A stretch of DNA of 64,000 bases from Octopus bimaculoides (GCF_001194135.2 NC_068987.1:24328023-24392022), one strand, 5' to 3'. Positions 24,538-39,559 are shown, counted from the first letter of the stretch. Notes: generated by a model not told the origin, from the letters alone. A program made the numbers and translations.

Positions 24538-25019
24538 TCTGTTTCAATCCCCTCCTTTATTTTTTTTATCCCCGTTATTTATTCTTACTCTACGTCATTA
24601 TTCAGTGTCCCCTTCAACAACATAGTTTTTCACACTGTCACAATTTTTGTCAGAGACCCAATCGCTACATTTCCGAGGGATCAGGTGATAACATGGTCAG
24701 TTAATTTATAGTGTATTGTTACACATCATTTTTGGATAATTGGAAATGTAAAGTCTTTTACCGGTGTTCCAATAAAACTGGAAACCGATCAAGTGCACTG
24801 AAACAAAACCTGTGGGTAAATATGGATGGAAAATCACTGTGCAGTGGGGGAATGCATAAACGTATCGTGGTTTATTTGAAATATCATAACGAAAACAATA
24901 TTTTCTGGCGATCTTTGGCATTAAGTACATATAACTGCGGAATGGATAAATCGAGGAAAGTACAAGAATTAGTCTTGGGTATCTTGAGTAAATGAAACGA
25001 ATGTGTAAATGCTTAGAAG

Positions 25020-25165
25020 TTATTACTATAGATTTCTCTAAGGCAGCGAGTTGGTAGAATTGCAAGCACGTCGGACAAAATGCTGAATGGCATTTCGTCC
25101 GACTCTTTATGTTCGAAATTCTACCGAGATCAACTTCACCTTTTATTCTTTTTTGGTCGCTAAAG
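25020..25165 (+). mobile_element. SINE family C head (also 6005-6175 minus, 2305-2440)
   Basis: aaggcagcgagttggtagaatt...gttcgaaattctaccgagatcaacttcacc, tRNA-like head. Confidence 0.6.
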
Positions 25166-25986
25166 TAAGTTCCAGTTGAACACAGGAGTCGATGTAAGCG
25201 ACAAACCCTCTGTAAAATTACTGGCCTTGTACCTTAATTTGAAACTATTACAGATTTTTTTTTGTTTTGTAATAATGCACGCACCACCAGCCTATATATG
25301 CATGCATCTATTTGATTGGACAGACACATCCTCATTCATAAATTTCCCTACTGTAAAATTTCAAGTAATATTTTTGTTTACATTTTGAAATGATTTTACG
25401 ACCTGCAACTTCTCTCCCTCTCTCTTTCTCTCTCTCATGCACGCACACACATATTTCTCATAAATATTTTCTTTTCTCTGATGATAACTTCAAAACTACA
25501 GTAGTATTTTTAGTAACTAACTTCTAAGCAAATACATATTCATTTTGTTTACTTGTGATACCCAAGTCTATTTTTGTACTTTCCTTCAGATCCAGTTTGA
25601 TTTAGATTTTTAAAACATTTTTATTTTGTTTTTACTTCAGGAAGGGCAAGGTACTTTCATCTTAAAAGTTATCCATTATGAATAATGGACCTTCAGTGAG
25701 CTACATCTCACAACAAACCAGGACAAAATCAAATGCAAAAAAGGCTATAATTTTAAAGAAAAGTAATTGCATTTCATTTATTTGCTATAATTCTCTCCTA
25801 CTAACTTTTGATCTTAAATATATTGTGGATCCAGTTGAAATAATGGGAACGTCATACTAGTTGCTTATCAGTAACTCAGCTGACACTGCAATGTTCAGTC
25901 TTTTATTGACTTTCATTGTTGAATATTTCTGTTACTTAATATTTTCATTTGCACTCAGGAAATAAAATTTTGACAGAATAAAAGTA

Positions 25987-28849
25987 CCATATTTTAACAT
26001 GTATAAGGAACCCTTTTTTGTCAAAAATTAGGTTAAAAAAATATAGGAGTTTCTTCTACATGGATAGTATTATAGATATTAATAAATTACTTAATTGCTC
26101 GAACCTCAAATCTCTATGACTTAAACATCGCAAGCCTCAGACCAACACCCAACAGGTTGTGACGTCCTATTGGATGAGTTGCTATCCATTCGTCAAGCAA
26201 CGGCATGCGCCTAAAGCAGCCATCACAAACGGCAATTGTCTGCCAAACAGTACTTACTTATGCTCACCGAGACTGTTAAATCCGTATTTTTGTATTAACA
26301 TGACAGTTCTGTATTGTATTTAAAATTGCGAGTGAACACGCAAGTGCGAACATTAACACTTTCTAAAAAACCCAGGCTGCTTATGGAGGTCATACAACCT
26401 ATCAGAGACAGTAAGCCTGCTCAATAGCCATATATGACAATGCAGCTCACACTGAAACAGGCATGAATGTAGCATAACCAAATATGGAAATTCAACTGAG
26501 ACACACTCTTAGGTATTGTCTACTGTTATTTGAATTGATCCTGCATTACTCTTTTTATAGATTTTTGTTTTCTATTAGCATAAAAATGTCTGAGAATAAA
26601 AAGTACATTTCATATCCTGCAAATTTCAAATTGAAAGTGATTCAGTTTGTAGAGGAGCATGGAGATAAAGCTGCAGCAAGACAGTTTGAGCCTCCTCTTA
26701 TGACTACCATGATTGGACTGTGGATAAAAGCACAAAGATGAACTTTTACAGATGCCAAGGATGAAGAGAGCAGCATGAGGCAAAAAGGCAAGGTGGCCAA
26801 ATCTGGAGAGAAAACTCAAACACTGGGTCGAAAGCTGAAGGCAAACTGATGCATTTGTTTTGACAAAGATTCTAATCAATCAAGGAAGAAAAATTGCTCA
26901 GGAGATAAAAAGAACAAAGAGGAAGGGCAAGAGACAACTGATTTTAAAGGCATGCCCATCTGGTGCTTCTGTTTTATGAAGAGGAATGGTTTAAATCTAA
27001 GGACTAGAACCAAGCTTGTTCAGAAGATGCTTGATGCTTATGAAGAAAAGATTCCTAAGTTTCATTCTTATATCATTAATTTACACAAGAATACCAACTT
27101 TGAACTTTGCCACATAGCAAATATGGATGAATTTCCATTTACCTTTGATGTTCCTTCCAACAAAACTGTGAATCAAAAAAAGGCTAAAACAGTGGCCATC
27201 AAGACAAGTGGACATGAGAAGACTCATTACACAGTTGTCCTGGCATACTGTACTGATGGTACCCAGCTGCCACCAATACTCATTTTCAAAAGAAAGACAC
27301 TTCCAAAGGAGAAACTGCCAGAAGGAGTTCTTGTGCATGTTCATGCAATGGGCTGGATGGATCAAGATGTTATGAAGATTTGGAGTAAGAGACCTGGGAA
27401 CCTTTTTAAGAAGCCATCTACGCTGGTGTTAGATCAGTTCAGGGCACTTATAACTGATACAACATAAAAATTGGCAAAAGAAAAAATCAAAAACCCAATT
27501 GGCAGTTATTCCTGGTGGCCTGACAAGCCAACTTCAACCTCTGGACATCAGTAACAACAAACCATTCAAGTGAAGTTTGGCTACGCGAAGAATTCGTGGA
27601 ACGGTATGAAGAAAGAAGTGATTGTAAATGCCTTTAAAACGTGCGACATAAGCAACAACATGGATGGTACAGAGGATAATGCAATTTACAATGAGGGTGA
27701 CTCTGATGATAATGAACTACCAGTAGTTGTATCTGATTATGATGTATTAGATGAGAGTGATGAGGAATTTAATGGTTTCTATGATTAATAAAAAATATTT
27801 TTGATAAAACTTGTTAACTTGTGAAGATATTTATTAATATTCTTCTTAAGGGTATTTTACAGTAAATTTTGATAAGTGCACCTGCACACATTTCACTAAG
27901 AAAAAAAAAAACCTTGGATTTTTTGCATGGAATCAAGTACCCTGACCTCCTAATGTGTCGCAATCCCCTTATTTTTTGGTCGGAAAAAAGTGGGGTTGGG
28001 AACCCTCCTTCTCATCCCGGAATCATTGGAAATTAATTTTTTTCATTGAATGAATTACAGTGACCTTCTAATATGCTACAAAACACTTTTTGTTCTGAAA
28101 ACGGAGGGTGGGGTGGAACTCTCAGAAATTTCAACCCCAACCCCAACATTTTACAGAAATATGTTTTCAAGAGTGTAGATTACATAAAATTGAAAGTTTA
28201 AACAACTTTGAAAAGAATTGAAAATGCTGAAGTTATAGAAATTAGTGGTAACGACAAGAATGTATCCCCTGGAGAACTTTTGTGTTAGTGTGAAACAAGT
28301 AAAAGTATGATATTAAAACAAAATATCTTTTTCATACCTCTTAAAATCACTAGATATATTAATCCCAGATTGCAGAATATATTCAAATGGTATCGAGTGT
28401 TTTATATATAAAAATAAAAAAATTCACTTTCTCTTTGCAAGTTTTCCCACCTGAAACTCGAATCGAGATTGAGAGAATTAGTTTTCTCTTTGTACTAAGA
28501 ATCGATTTAAAATAACTATATCTTAAATGTTGTGTGAGGAAAGAAGTATATTCTAATGGGAAAATATTGTATCTTTTAAAAGCATCCAGAATTTACTATG
28601 CATTTGTTTGTGTGTGTTTATCATTTAAGATATTTTTAATTTCATTTATGTGTCTCCTTTCTTTCAAAGAAGGCCTTCTTTCTTTCTTACCATATCCATA
28701 GTCTCTCATCTCTCTCTCCCCACACAAAGATGAAATGCATTACCCGATAAGTGCGGCTGCACTTATCAGAATTTACCTAATCTCTTACAAATGCTTTTTT
28801 AAGCCTGCAAAATTTGGGGGTTCCTTATACACGAGGGTTTTTTATACAG
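25987..28849 (+). mobile_element. Decayed pogo-like (Tc1/mariner superfamily) DNA transposon, apparently full length, probably with a nested MITE near 27900-28420
   Basis: Interrupted transposase 26586-27788: Brinker-like N-terminus (YPANFKLKVIQFVEEHG), WPNLERKL HTH, IANMDE, LVLDQF, QLQPLD; imperfect TIRs sharing GTATAAGGAACCC; TA at both flanks. Confidence 0.88.
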
Positions 28850-31800
28850 TAATTCATTTATTGACAGTAAAGTAAAATGGCACATAGTAGTGTGAAGTAG
28901 AATGAGGCAACCTTTTTTTAGCAGCAGGTTTTATGAGATGTTGCTGATTTTCATTTCATTATCATCATCTTAATGTCCATTTCACCACACTTGCATAAGC
29001 TAGACAGAATTTGTTGAAGTAGATTTTCAATGGCTGGATGGCCTTCCTATCACCAAACCTTATTTTCAAGTAAGTTAATAATTTCCTAGTCTTTTCAACA
29101 GTGCACAACCTGGATGAAGTTATGTAGTGAACTGGAAACAAACTATACCATTTGAATGGCTCTTTTGTTTACAAAGATCACATAACATGTCAAACAAGTC
29201 TACACATTCTTTTGTGATGGATTGCAAGCAAAGGACACTATTGACAGCAAGATTTTCATTTACAGTCAACAAATCTACATGAACATGAGGGGAAATATGA
29301 ACTCACACAAATGTACACAGAAGTATATCGTCCTATCTATTTATCATCATCGTCCTCATTTAATGTCCATTGTCCATGCTGGCATGGGTTGGATAGTTTG
29401 ACCAGGGCTGGCAGGCTGGCGAACTGCACCTGACGCCAGTCTGATTTGGCATGGTTTCTTTGGATGAATGTCCTTCCTAATGCAAACCACTTTATAGAGT
29501 GTGCTGGGTGCGTTTATGTGTAGCCACACGGGCGTTATTTCACAGTCCTGCATGGGCAGGCTTTTACATGGCACTGCCATGAGTGCTTTACACCACCAGA
29601 AGTATTGGTCTTAGCATTTCTACTGCAGAGTATGGGTCCTATTGAGTATGGCAAGATGCCAGGCATTTCAGTCCTTTGTCATCCCGCCTAAAAGATTCAA
29701 TGTCCCGAGGTTGTTCCTCAGTACTCCATCCTATGTCTTCCACATATATATATATGACAGGCTTCTTAAGTTTCTGTCTGATAATTTCACTTATAAAGCT
29801 ATAGTATGAAATGTTAGCCAATAACATTTATGCAGTAGGACCAAACCATTGACTACATGGTTCCGCATCATAGCTTTTAACCATACAGTCAAGCCTTTAT
29901 AATACAAATTAACACTATACACCATACTAAGCAAGTTAAAATTTGAGAGAAAATGTGAGTGGATGTAAGAGAAATGAACTTGTGTAAAGAACAGCAGGTT
30001 GTACATGCCTGTCACATGAGAGTTGGCTACTAGTTACTTTCTGAAATCTTCTTTGAACAGTCAGATGTCAGTTTATCTGAAAAGAAACAATGCAATTATT
30101 AATAAGAAGAGTTGAAATTGATGCATACACGATTTCACAGATCTAGTATAACGCCTTCATAATCAGCTTATGAACTTTTTAGCCCACCCTCATATAGCTC
30201 TCAGTTTCATGTTTTTGTGATTATATTCATTAGGTAATGGAAATATGGCTTATTTACTATCAAAGTGTATTAGATATTAATAGAGGCATGTTAAAGTAGT
30301 TGACAACAAAAAAAAGGGACATACAAATATCACATTCTATCTTCTCCTAGGTGTGGTGAAGATATGAAGCTCACTGAATATCTATATCCTGTAGATAAAC
30401 TGTCTTGTGCAAGTAAGGTGGCCAGCAGTATAAATTGGCATCAGAAATTATCATGACCTTTATGACCTACTGCTGTGATGTACTTGCAGAGCAATTTATT
30501 TAAAATGGTAGCATTGGTGTCACTATTTGAAACTCATTAGTGTGATTTTGTCATGTGTAAGCACAATGTAGGCCATTTAATGAAAATTCACTGGGGGCTA
30601 GGGGATGTTGAATTTGATTCTAGGCAGTGCTTTCTGTCACCGTTGTCGTCATTTAACGTCTGCTTTCTATGCTGGCATGGGTTAGATGGTTTGACTGAGG
30701 ACTGACAAGCCAGGTGGCTGCACTAGGCTCCCATCGGATTTGGCAAAGTTTCTACGGCTGGATGCCCTTCCTAACACCAACCACTCCGAGAATGTAGTGG
30801 GTGTTTTTTTATGAAAGGGTAACCAGAGTGGGTGGTGGGTATTTTGTTTGGATAACCAATCTGGTCATAAAGAAAGAAAACCACACTGCACATAAATACA
30901 TAAAAAGTATGTATGTTTACAGTTTTTGTCATTCAGTCTAAAGAGTGTGTACAAACACTGGATAATACTTAAACCTTCTTTATAACTTACAAATAAAATT
31001 ACATTTTGAGTATAAATAATAAAAATATGGAACTCTAGAATTCAAAGAAAAATGGCTTAACTACAAAAAATAATTTCATATATTCAGGAAGTTTACAGAA
31101 TTCATCAAACAATTTATATAGATATAATTCAATGAGGTGGATGCTGGTTGTTATTTAATGGAGGAAATATCCAGTCACTGTTGCTAATGTGCTTGTGTTT
31201 CTTTGTTTCTACCAGCAATTATATTTGAAAAAAGATGCATCAACTTAATGGCATTGGCTTTGTTTACTGCTTCATGCCACTCCATCAAATGTCATAAGCC
31301 ATTGAAAGTTTTGTTAATGGGACTGGAAGAGGTTTTGATATTTAATTATCTTTATCATCCACAGCATCTCTTCTTAGCTTGATTTTCTTATTAATGGTCC
31401 AAATGAAGTAATCCATTATGATGTGCATATATCTTTTTGTTTGCTTTGATCATGTGGAAGACAAAGATTTTAGGATGTTCTGGTAATTTTCTGTACAGCA
31501 AGCTATAATACCTAGAGTATCTCCATTTCAAGGTCTACATCAATAATCCTTATCACATCTCTGGACTAAAAGTCTTTTCTTTGTAAACATCTTCTGACTC
31601 TTTCTTGCTATTCTAACTTTCTAAGAATATCTGAATGATATGCAAAGATTGATGTCTTAGTGATCTGCAGTCATTTTTTAATGCTATCATTCCTCAATCC
31701 ATAACCATAGTCCTCGTTCATTTCCTCTATATTTCTACACCAAAGTACCTTCTCTCTGATTCGTTCTTGCTATTCTAACTTTCAGTATCTGTGGTCAAAT

Positions 31801-31872
31801 ATATTCTCTCCAATAATCTTCATGTTAACACTTCATTGTCCCTTATGTCCTATGTTGTTTTTTTTATTTCAG

Positions 31873-31909
31873 GTTATTTGATGACATTGAGATAAAAATA
31901 ATTCACTGA
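31873..31909 (+). other. Predicted exon-2 start of Z4 with micro-ORFs (TTG-LFDDIEIKIIH*; nested MTLR* 31881-31895)
   Basis: tttcag|g acceptor at 31872/31873. Confidence 0.58.
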
Positions 31910-32281
31910 AGAAGATCGACTTTTGAAACTGTAGCTTCATCAAGCTGATATCAGCCTGTTTCAACAACTCTTATTTGAAAGGATGTAAAATATTTCTTTG
32001 GAATTGAGATTATTTGCAAGAATTCCTACATTGTGGGGAAATTTTGTGGAAACATTAAGTTTATCAGATTTACCACAAGGTTTCAACTGACTTATTCGTA
32101 AGGGCTTTAATGTCTGGGTATATCTTGTCAACTGAAGCTAGTTTAATGATCTTATAGCTGCTGATTATTAATTACAAAATTCTATCCTTTTAAATCCACT
32201 TTAAGTTACTTTGAACACCCAAGACATCTTCAGTCTTTAATAAAGATCATCTACGTGCTAAATATAGATTAAAGTGAAGTT

Positions 32282-33367
32282 ATGGATGAGAAAGCACAAC
32301 CTGAAATTACTGATTCATCTATTCAAATAAAGGGAAATAGAAGGGAAAAATCATACCCTTGTGATGTATGTGGGGAGGTATACACAACAAGAAGTAATTT
32401 AATGCAACACAAATTAATCCATGCAACCTCCAAGGTGCACTACTGTGAAGTTTGTGGTAAAGGATTCACTCGCAACAGTTTATTGACTCGCCATAAGCAT
32501 ATACATACAAGAGAAAGGCCATACCACTGTGATATCTGTGGTGAAAAATTTTCTAGAAGTGCTCATTTGTCTAGACACAGGCATATTCACACAGGAGAAA
32601 AACCATATCCCTGTGATGTCTGTGGTAAAACATTCTCTCAAAGTGGTACACTATCCACTCATAAACATATTCATACAGGAGAGAAACCATATCAGTGTGA
32701 TATCTGTGATGACAGATTTTCTACAAGGGGTCAATTGTCTAACCACAAACGTATCCACACTGGAGAAAGACCCTACCAATGTGATATTTGTAGTAAAACA
32801 TTTTCTAGAAGTGGTCATTTGTCTTCCCATAAACTTATCCACACAGGTGAAAGGCCATACCAATGTGATATCTGTGATAAAACATTTTCTCGAAGTGGTG
32901 ATTTGTCTTCTCACAAACATATTCACTCAGGAGAAAGACCATACCACTGTGATATCTGTGGTACGACATTCTCTCAAAGTGGTAGTTTATCTCAGCACAA
33001 ACGTATTCACACTGGAGAAAAGCCCTATCAGTGTGATATCTGTGATAAAACATTTTCAACAAAGAGTCATTTATCTTCCCACATACGTACTCACACAGGA
33101 GAAAGGCCCTACCATTGTGATATCTGTGGTAAAACATTCACTCAAAGTGGTAGTTTATCTCAGCACAAACCTATTCACACAGGAGAGAGACCATACAATT
33201 GTGATATTTGTGGCAAAACCTTTTCTACAACTCGTAATTTAACTCGACACAAACGTATTCACACAGAAGAGAAAGCATACCACTGTGATATTTGTGATGA
33301 AGCATTTTCTACAAGAGGTCGTTTATCTTCCCACATACGTATTCATACAGGAGAAAGACCATCATAG
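32282..33367 (+). CDS. C2H2 zinc-finger protein Z4 (361 aa, 12 fingers)
   Basis: 12 intact fingers; C-terminal fingers TTRNLTR and TRGRLSS shared with Z2 and Z5-Z8. Confidence 0.95.
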   Translation: MDEKAQPEITDSSIQIKGNRREKSYPCDVCGEVYTTRSNLMQHKLIHATSKVHYCEVCGKGFTRNSLLTRHKHIHTRERPYHCDICGEKFSRSAHLSRHRHIHTGEKPYPCDVCGKTFSQSGTLSTHKHIHTGEKPYQCDICDDRFSTRGQLSNHKRIHTGERPYQCDICSKTFSRSGHLSSHKLIHTGERPYQCDICDKTFSRSGDLSSHKHIHSGERPYHCDICGTTFSQSGSLSQHKRIHTGEKPYQCDICDKTFSTKSHLSSHIRTHTGERPYHCDICGKTFTQSGSLSQHKPIHTGERPYNCDICGKTFSTTRNLTRHKRIHTEEKAYHCDICDEAFSTRGRLSSHIRIHTGERPS

Positions 33368-33570
33368 CACTGAGATTTCTGTTATAAAGCATTGTCACGA
33401 AGTAGTTTGTTTTGACACAAATATATTTTACAGAGGAGAAAGAAAGACCATACCCTTGTGATATCTGCAGTGAAACATTTTCTAGAAGTGGTAATTTTAC
33501 TCAGTGTAAATATACTCGCACAGAAAGTAAACCATAGTTATATGTCTATGGTAGAATATTTTCTATAAAT
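33368..33570 (+). pseudogene. Fossil zinc fingers in 3' UTR of Z4 (also after Z2, Z5, Z6, Z7, Z8)
   Basis: After the stop: tag cac tga gat ttc tgt (ex-YHCDIC) and agaccatacccttgtgatatctgcagtgaaacattttctagaagtggt. Confidence 0.8.
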
Positions 33571-34539
33571 AACAAAATATGTTATAATAAATTGTATTTA
33601 TTTAATACAACACTGACATACTTTTAATATCCTTTATTTCATACTGGCAATTTATCTTCAACCCCATTACATTCTTTATATACACTGTTTAACCAGTCGA
33701 ATGTTTCATAGCTATTGTTACTCTTAACTACTCCTGTACACCAAAACTATTTGATGTCGCAGTCCTCCGTCAGCCTGAAAGAATACCCCTACCTAATTTG
33801 TTTACCTTCATTTCTACACACTTTTTGTATGTTGAACATGTTAATATCCAGCACATTATAGCCTATTCCTTGAAGTTTGAACCCTTTCTGCATCTCTCTT
33901 GACATAAAACATATCAGTATATTAGAAAATGGTAAAGGCAAATTTAGTATTTACCATCAAGAAAAGAAATGTCAGTAGCTTGAAGATATAAGAAATGGGT
34001 TATGGTATTGTAGAAAGAATTGTGACAGACCAAGAATTATTTGAATGGACAGCATCAACGAAGGGATCGAGTTACACAGTAATGTTAGTGTAAGAATGGT
34101 ATGGCATGAGATGAGACAGAATGGATATCTTTGATAGTTGATATACTATGACCATATGACACTTAATGAATAAATGAAATTTAATGATGACAAATAATTA
34201 ATATCAATATAATTGTTGAGTAACATTAATGGAGTCAGCTAAGTTGCAGAGGTAGCAAACAAGATTGTTAGGAGGACCACATCTCTGGTTGTACGGGGTA
34301 CAATGCAGGACATCTTTTTGCTGTGGCACTGTTAATGTTCTTGTGCAGTCAAGAACTTGTGTATTGTTGTATGTGAAGAACTTATTGTAGGTCATCATGA
34401 TGTTATCTGTAGATGATTTTATACGTACATTGTAAGGTGATATAAATTGTACATGTATAAATTGAAAATTGTAGCAAATAACATTGAAAGAAGACCTTTA
34501 ACATAATATCTATAACTATTTATTTTGTTAAATCACTAG

Positions 34540-35130
34540 AATCATCATCATTTAATGTCCATTCTCCATGCTGGCATGGGTTGGACAGTTTGACCAGGGC
34601 TGCACCTTCCTAATGCCAACCACTCCGAGAGTGTAATGAGTGCTTTTACATGCTACTGGCAAGGGTGCCAGTTGCTTGACACCAGTATCTGCCACAACTA
34701 CAATTTCATTTGGTTTGATGGGTCTTCTTCTCAAGCATAGCATATTGCCAAAAGTCTCGGTCATTTATCATTGCCCTCGTGAGGCCCAATGCTTGAAAGG
34801 TGCTTTCTGCATGCCACTGGCACAGATACCAGATGCGTAGCACTGGCATCGGTCACATTGCCTCCATGAAGCCCAACACTCAACAAGTGCTTCTTATGTG
34901 TCACCAGCATTGGTGCCAGTTGCTTCTATGAGGCCCAACACTCGAAGGGTACTTTTTACATGCCGCCAGCACAGGTACCAGTTGTGCAACACCGGCATTG
35001 GCCACATTGCCTCCATGAGGTCCAACACTTGAAAGGTGCCATATATGACACTGGCATCGGCCATAAATAGCTTGACAGGTTTTCTCAAGCATGGCATATC
35101 ACCAAAGGTCTCAGTCACTAGTCATTGCCT
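34540..35130 (-). mobile_element. SINE-like family B copy with expanded internal tandem repeats
   Basis: Repeated ggcatcggccacattgcctccatgaggcccaacactcgaaagg units; (CAT)n end. Confidence 0.7.
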
Positions 35131-36780
35131 CCGTGAAGCCTAACATTTGAAGATCAAGCTTCCCCATCTTGTCCCATCCACAGTTAGAGATCAACATTTC
35201 TTTACACAGCTTTCTTCGTCCATATGCATCACATGACCATACCAGCACAGTTATCTCTCTTGCACACCACATCTGATGCCTCTTATGCCCAACTTTTCTC
35301 TCAAGAAACACTGTTATACATGCATACTGACATTGCACATCCAGCAAAGCATACTAGCTTCATTTCTTTCAAGCCTAAGCTTGTCCTCAGTGGTCACAGC
35401 CCATGTTTCACTACTGTGCAGCACAGCTGTTTGCACACAGGCATCATACACTCTGTCTTTCACTCTAAGGCAGAGGCCCTTTGTTGCCAAAAGAGGTAGG
35501 AGCTCTCTGAACTTAGTCCAACCTATTCTTATTCTTGCAGCTACACTCTTGGAGCAACCACCTCTGCAACCGACTTGGTCACCTAGATAACAGTAGGTAT
35601 CAACTGCCTCTAGCTTACCCTGCTGGCATTTGATCTAGTCTATTTTCTGTACATTTTTCATGTTTATTGTACTTGTGCACCTTCCACACACAAAACCTAT
35701 CTTCCCAGTTAACCTTCCTCTGATATTGCTACTAGACCTTGCTTCCACACCTGAAACTTCTTTTCTAGTCCTGATAGTTATTCAGCTATAAGTACAAGGT
35801 CATCAGCATACAGGAGCTCTCAGGGTCAGCCCATCTTAAATTCCTCTGTTATTGCTTGGAAGACTATGATTAACAATAGGGAGCTGAGGACTGATCCTTG
35901 GTGAACCCCTACTTCTACCCTAAATTCCTCGCTATACTCGTTACTGACAGCATCCCTGTACATGGCTTGTATAGTTCTCATCAACCACTCATCTATCCCT
36001 AGTTTTCACATTGACCACCAGATAAGGGATCGGGGGACCCTGTCAAAGGCTTTCTTCATGTCAACAAAAGCCAAGTACAGAGGTTTGTCTTTGGCTAGGT
36101 AATTCTGCAGCTGCCTTACCAGAAATATAGCATCAGTGGTGCTTCTCCCTGGCACAAAACCAAACTGCATCTCATCCAGACTAAGCCTGTCCCTAATTAG
36201 TTGGGCTATGATCCTCTCTGTAACTTTCATCACCTGATGCAGCTATTTGATACCTCTAATTATTTCTGTCTAAGACATCACCTTTACTTTTGTAGCAGTT
36301 GACTATGGTGCTGCAACACCAGTCATTGGATATGACTCCTTCGTGTACAACCTGATTTGACTATATGGGTGATTAGACCATAACCCACATTGCCAGATAT
36401 TTTAAGCATCTCAGTGGTTATTCCAGACAAGCCAGGGTCTTACCCTGTCTTTATATCCTTGATAGCATTGTCTACCGTGCTATTGTCTATTTGGATTGCT
36501 GATCTCTCTGTTAGATCCACACTCGGCAGACTCTACATTTAGTAGCCTTTTATAACTGCCAGTAACCCATCATTCATGTGAACACAATTTTCTGATACAC
36601 TGTCTTGCAATCCAGAACACTTCAGGCCTCTGGTCCTCACAACGCAAAACATTGGCAAACTTTCTTCTCTCTGCTTCTCCCCTGGCTAAATACATCTATT
36701 TTCTAGCTTCCCTCCTAGCTACCTGATATAGTTCCCTGCTACCACCACGTCACCCTAGGTCTGGTAGGGACTTTGCACCA
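35130..36780 (-). mobile_element. RTE-clade LINE fragment (reverse transcriptase)
   Basis: QFGFVPGRSTTDAIF, LAFVDMKKAFDRVPR, and RLERNEASML C-terminal part; frameshifted with an internal deletion. Confidence 0.88.
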
Positions 36781-38249
36781 GCTGCAGATTTGGTCTGTGG
36801 CACTCAGCAAGCTGTCCCACAGGAATTCCCAGTTGCCAGATATTTAGAATATTTTAGTCCTCTTTGGATAAATTACAATGTATCAAAGGAGAACATACAC
36901 AATGACAATATGATCAAAGCTAATTCAATATATAGTAAGAAATATCTCACCAGCCTCTTGGTATCACAACCATATTACTGGTTTATATTAGAGGTACTAT
37001 AACATAGAAATGGCAATAGATGACATATCTGTAACTTATTAATAATTTCATTATCATTACATTATGTGTTAACTCTATCTTGGTTTGTTATTTGTATAGT
37101 TGGTATTGTTTCCATTCAACAGTTTGTCCAATTTCATTGTCAACATTCCTAACAAAACATGCCAATATTATAGAAAATACTTCCAAGCATATAGCTGTCT
37201 TCTTGTTCATATTTTGTTGTGGAATATCAGTTTATACAATTTAGTTGTTGTTGACTTCACTTGCTAGTTGTTACACATCTATGTAATTTAGTTTTATTAC
37301 AGAGTTTTCTCTAATTGTTGACATAATAAAGATGTTTATTGTTACATATATTCACTACCAGTGTAGATTTTAAAGTTAGAATTACTGAGAAATACTTTAT
37401 ACTTCAACACAAAATGTGCATGTGTGTCCATGTTAGAGTTTGTAAATATAGTGTTCTGTGTATGTGTGAAAGTTGGCTATATTTGTCAATGTATTTGTAT
37501 GCCTGCTTGTACATTTCTCTATGCTGCTGGTGTTCTTGTTTTGTTTTTTAGCAACATAAAATATTTTAACAAGATAGACAGAGTTCATCATTTACATTTT
37601 ATTACTGTTGTGTTCTGATGACAGTTTCAGTTGTGTTCCAGACCATTTCTAAAGTGATCAAGTGGACAATATTTGAATATCACCTAATGATATTTAAAAA
37701 AATTTGATGAGATAAGGGAAATAAGAGTTAAATTTGTTTTTCGAAAGGACTAGCTATGACTCGTGTGAAATGTGTGATATTTCTTAATCATTGTCTTTTG
37801 ACATCCACCTTTCCATGATCTGCATGGGTGAGGGGGAATTCATTGAGGCAGATTTTGTACAATTGAATGCCCCTTCCTGTTGTTCAAACCTCATCTGTTT
37901 CCAAGCAAGATAATTCCCCATGGCTGGGTATGTTTTCAACGATTGGGAATGAAGTATACTGCTTGCATAACAATAGCATACTTGCAACTATCCTGTACTA
38001 TCAAAACAAGACAGTAACAGGGGTACACTCAAATATGTATAAATATAAATATATATATGAATGAAGCCCACAACACACTTGGTGGGCTTCATTCAGTTTC
38101 TGCCTGCCAAGTCCACTCACAAGGTTTAGGTTGACCCAGGGCTATGGTAGAAGACACCTGCCAAAGTGACATGCAGTTGGACTGAAGCTGTAGCCATGTT
38201 TTGGAAGTGAACATCTTAGTAGACAATCACATCTGTGCCTATATATATA

Positions 38250-38296
<47 letters not shown>

Positions 38297-39559
38297 GGTC
38301 CAACCCATGCCAGCATGAAGAACAGACATTAAATGACGATGATGATCACATGACAAGTTTCTTTTGGTTGCTGTTTACCATATATTCACAAAACTTAGAT
38401 TAACTCAGGGCTATATTAAAAGACACTAACTGAAGGTACTATACTGTGGTTTGGAAGTGAACTTAACCACACAGCCATGCCTGCACCTATTATACAAAAG
38501 CGAAATGTCAGTGCAAAGGCCTGAAGATGTATTCAAAGATATGCAAATTGTGAACTGTGGAAGAATATTATCACCATCATCATTGTTTACTGCCTGTCTT
38601 CCATGTTCACATGAGCTAGATGATTTGACAGGATCTGACAAGCCAGAGGACCGTGTTAAGCTCCAGTGTCTACTTTGGAATGGCTTCTATGGCTGGATGC
38701 CTTCTTTATGGCACCAGCACTAGTGGGGTTGTCAACTGAGAAAACATGAGTACAGTGGCAGTATTGGGGGAGGGTGGCTTTACACCAGGTGTTGAGAAGT
38801 TAAAGTGTGATAAGGAGACAAGAGGAGCTACATGACTACTACAGCTGGAAAGAAGAGAAATAAGATGAAGTATCAGAGCATATCCCCAAGGTACAAGAAA
38901 ATAAATGTAAAAGAAAAGGGACAGGACTGGAGTGTGAAAGGGGTGCAACAAATGGTTGAGAGACAGACAAAATTGAATGATGTACATAGGTGTAGTCAAT
39001 GATGATTATAAGTTTTGATTATATGTGTCAGGAGGAGAAGTGGCAGTACACTGTTAAACTGTTTATCACTCACTCTAGTGTTTATTTATATACAAACATA
39101 CACTCCAGAGTATATCATCTAGTGGTGTAGAAGAATCCTTCAGTTAATTGATGCATATTCTCTCTCTAGATATGATAACCACAAAATTATTTTAGAATAA
39201 GTCTAGACATACTTGTATAGAATAATAAATTTATCAATCTGTCTTCAGTTTTGTTGTTTATAGCTATTGATCCAGTTTCTGCTGCCATTTGAATCTTATT
39301 CAGTTTTGTTATTAAAAGTTGTTTTTGGAGAGCAAGAAGAGTGCAACATCCCATATATTCATAAAAATCAACCTTTCAATCATTCATGTTGCTCCACGCC
39401 TCCTTTTCTGGTTAATCCTTAATATATAACCCTAATCAGTAGTGTGCTCAAATGATACAAATCTTTGCTGTTGGCTATAATATAAATGTAGATGTTAAAA
39501 CTTTAATAGAATACATGGCATCATCTGGGTTATTGTGTCAAAGTAACGTAAGAAAAGGG

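Noticed and set aside
31905-31930. Hammerhead-like CTGANGA...GAAA in exon 2
   Set aside because: Stem II is weak, stems I and III cannot be built, and GAAA spacing is not kept in paralogs; the conserved CTGA is explained by the CAC-TGA stop.
32529-33242. Shifted-frame and antisense ORFs over the ZNF arrays (HTTVISVVKH and MFYHRYH types)
   Set aside because: Expected shadows of the 84-bp repeat; no independent evidence.
33365-33375. A-to-I read-through of TAG/TGA into fossil fingers
   Set aside because: Editing would place Trp at the Tyr and zinc-ligand Cys positions, and further stops and frameshifts follow within about 15 codons.
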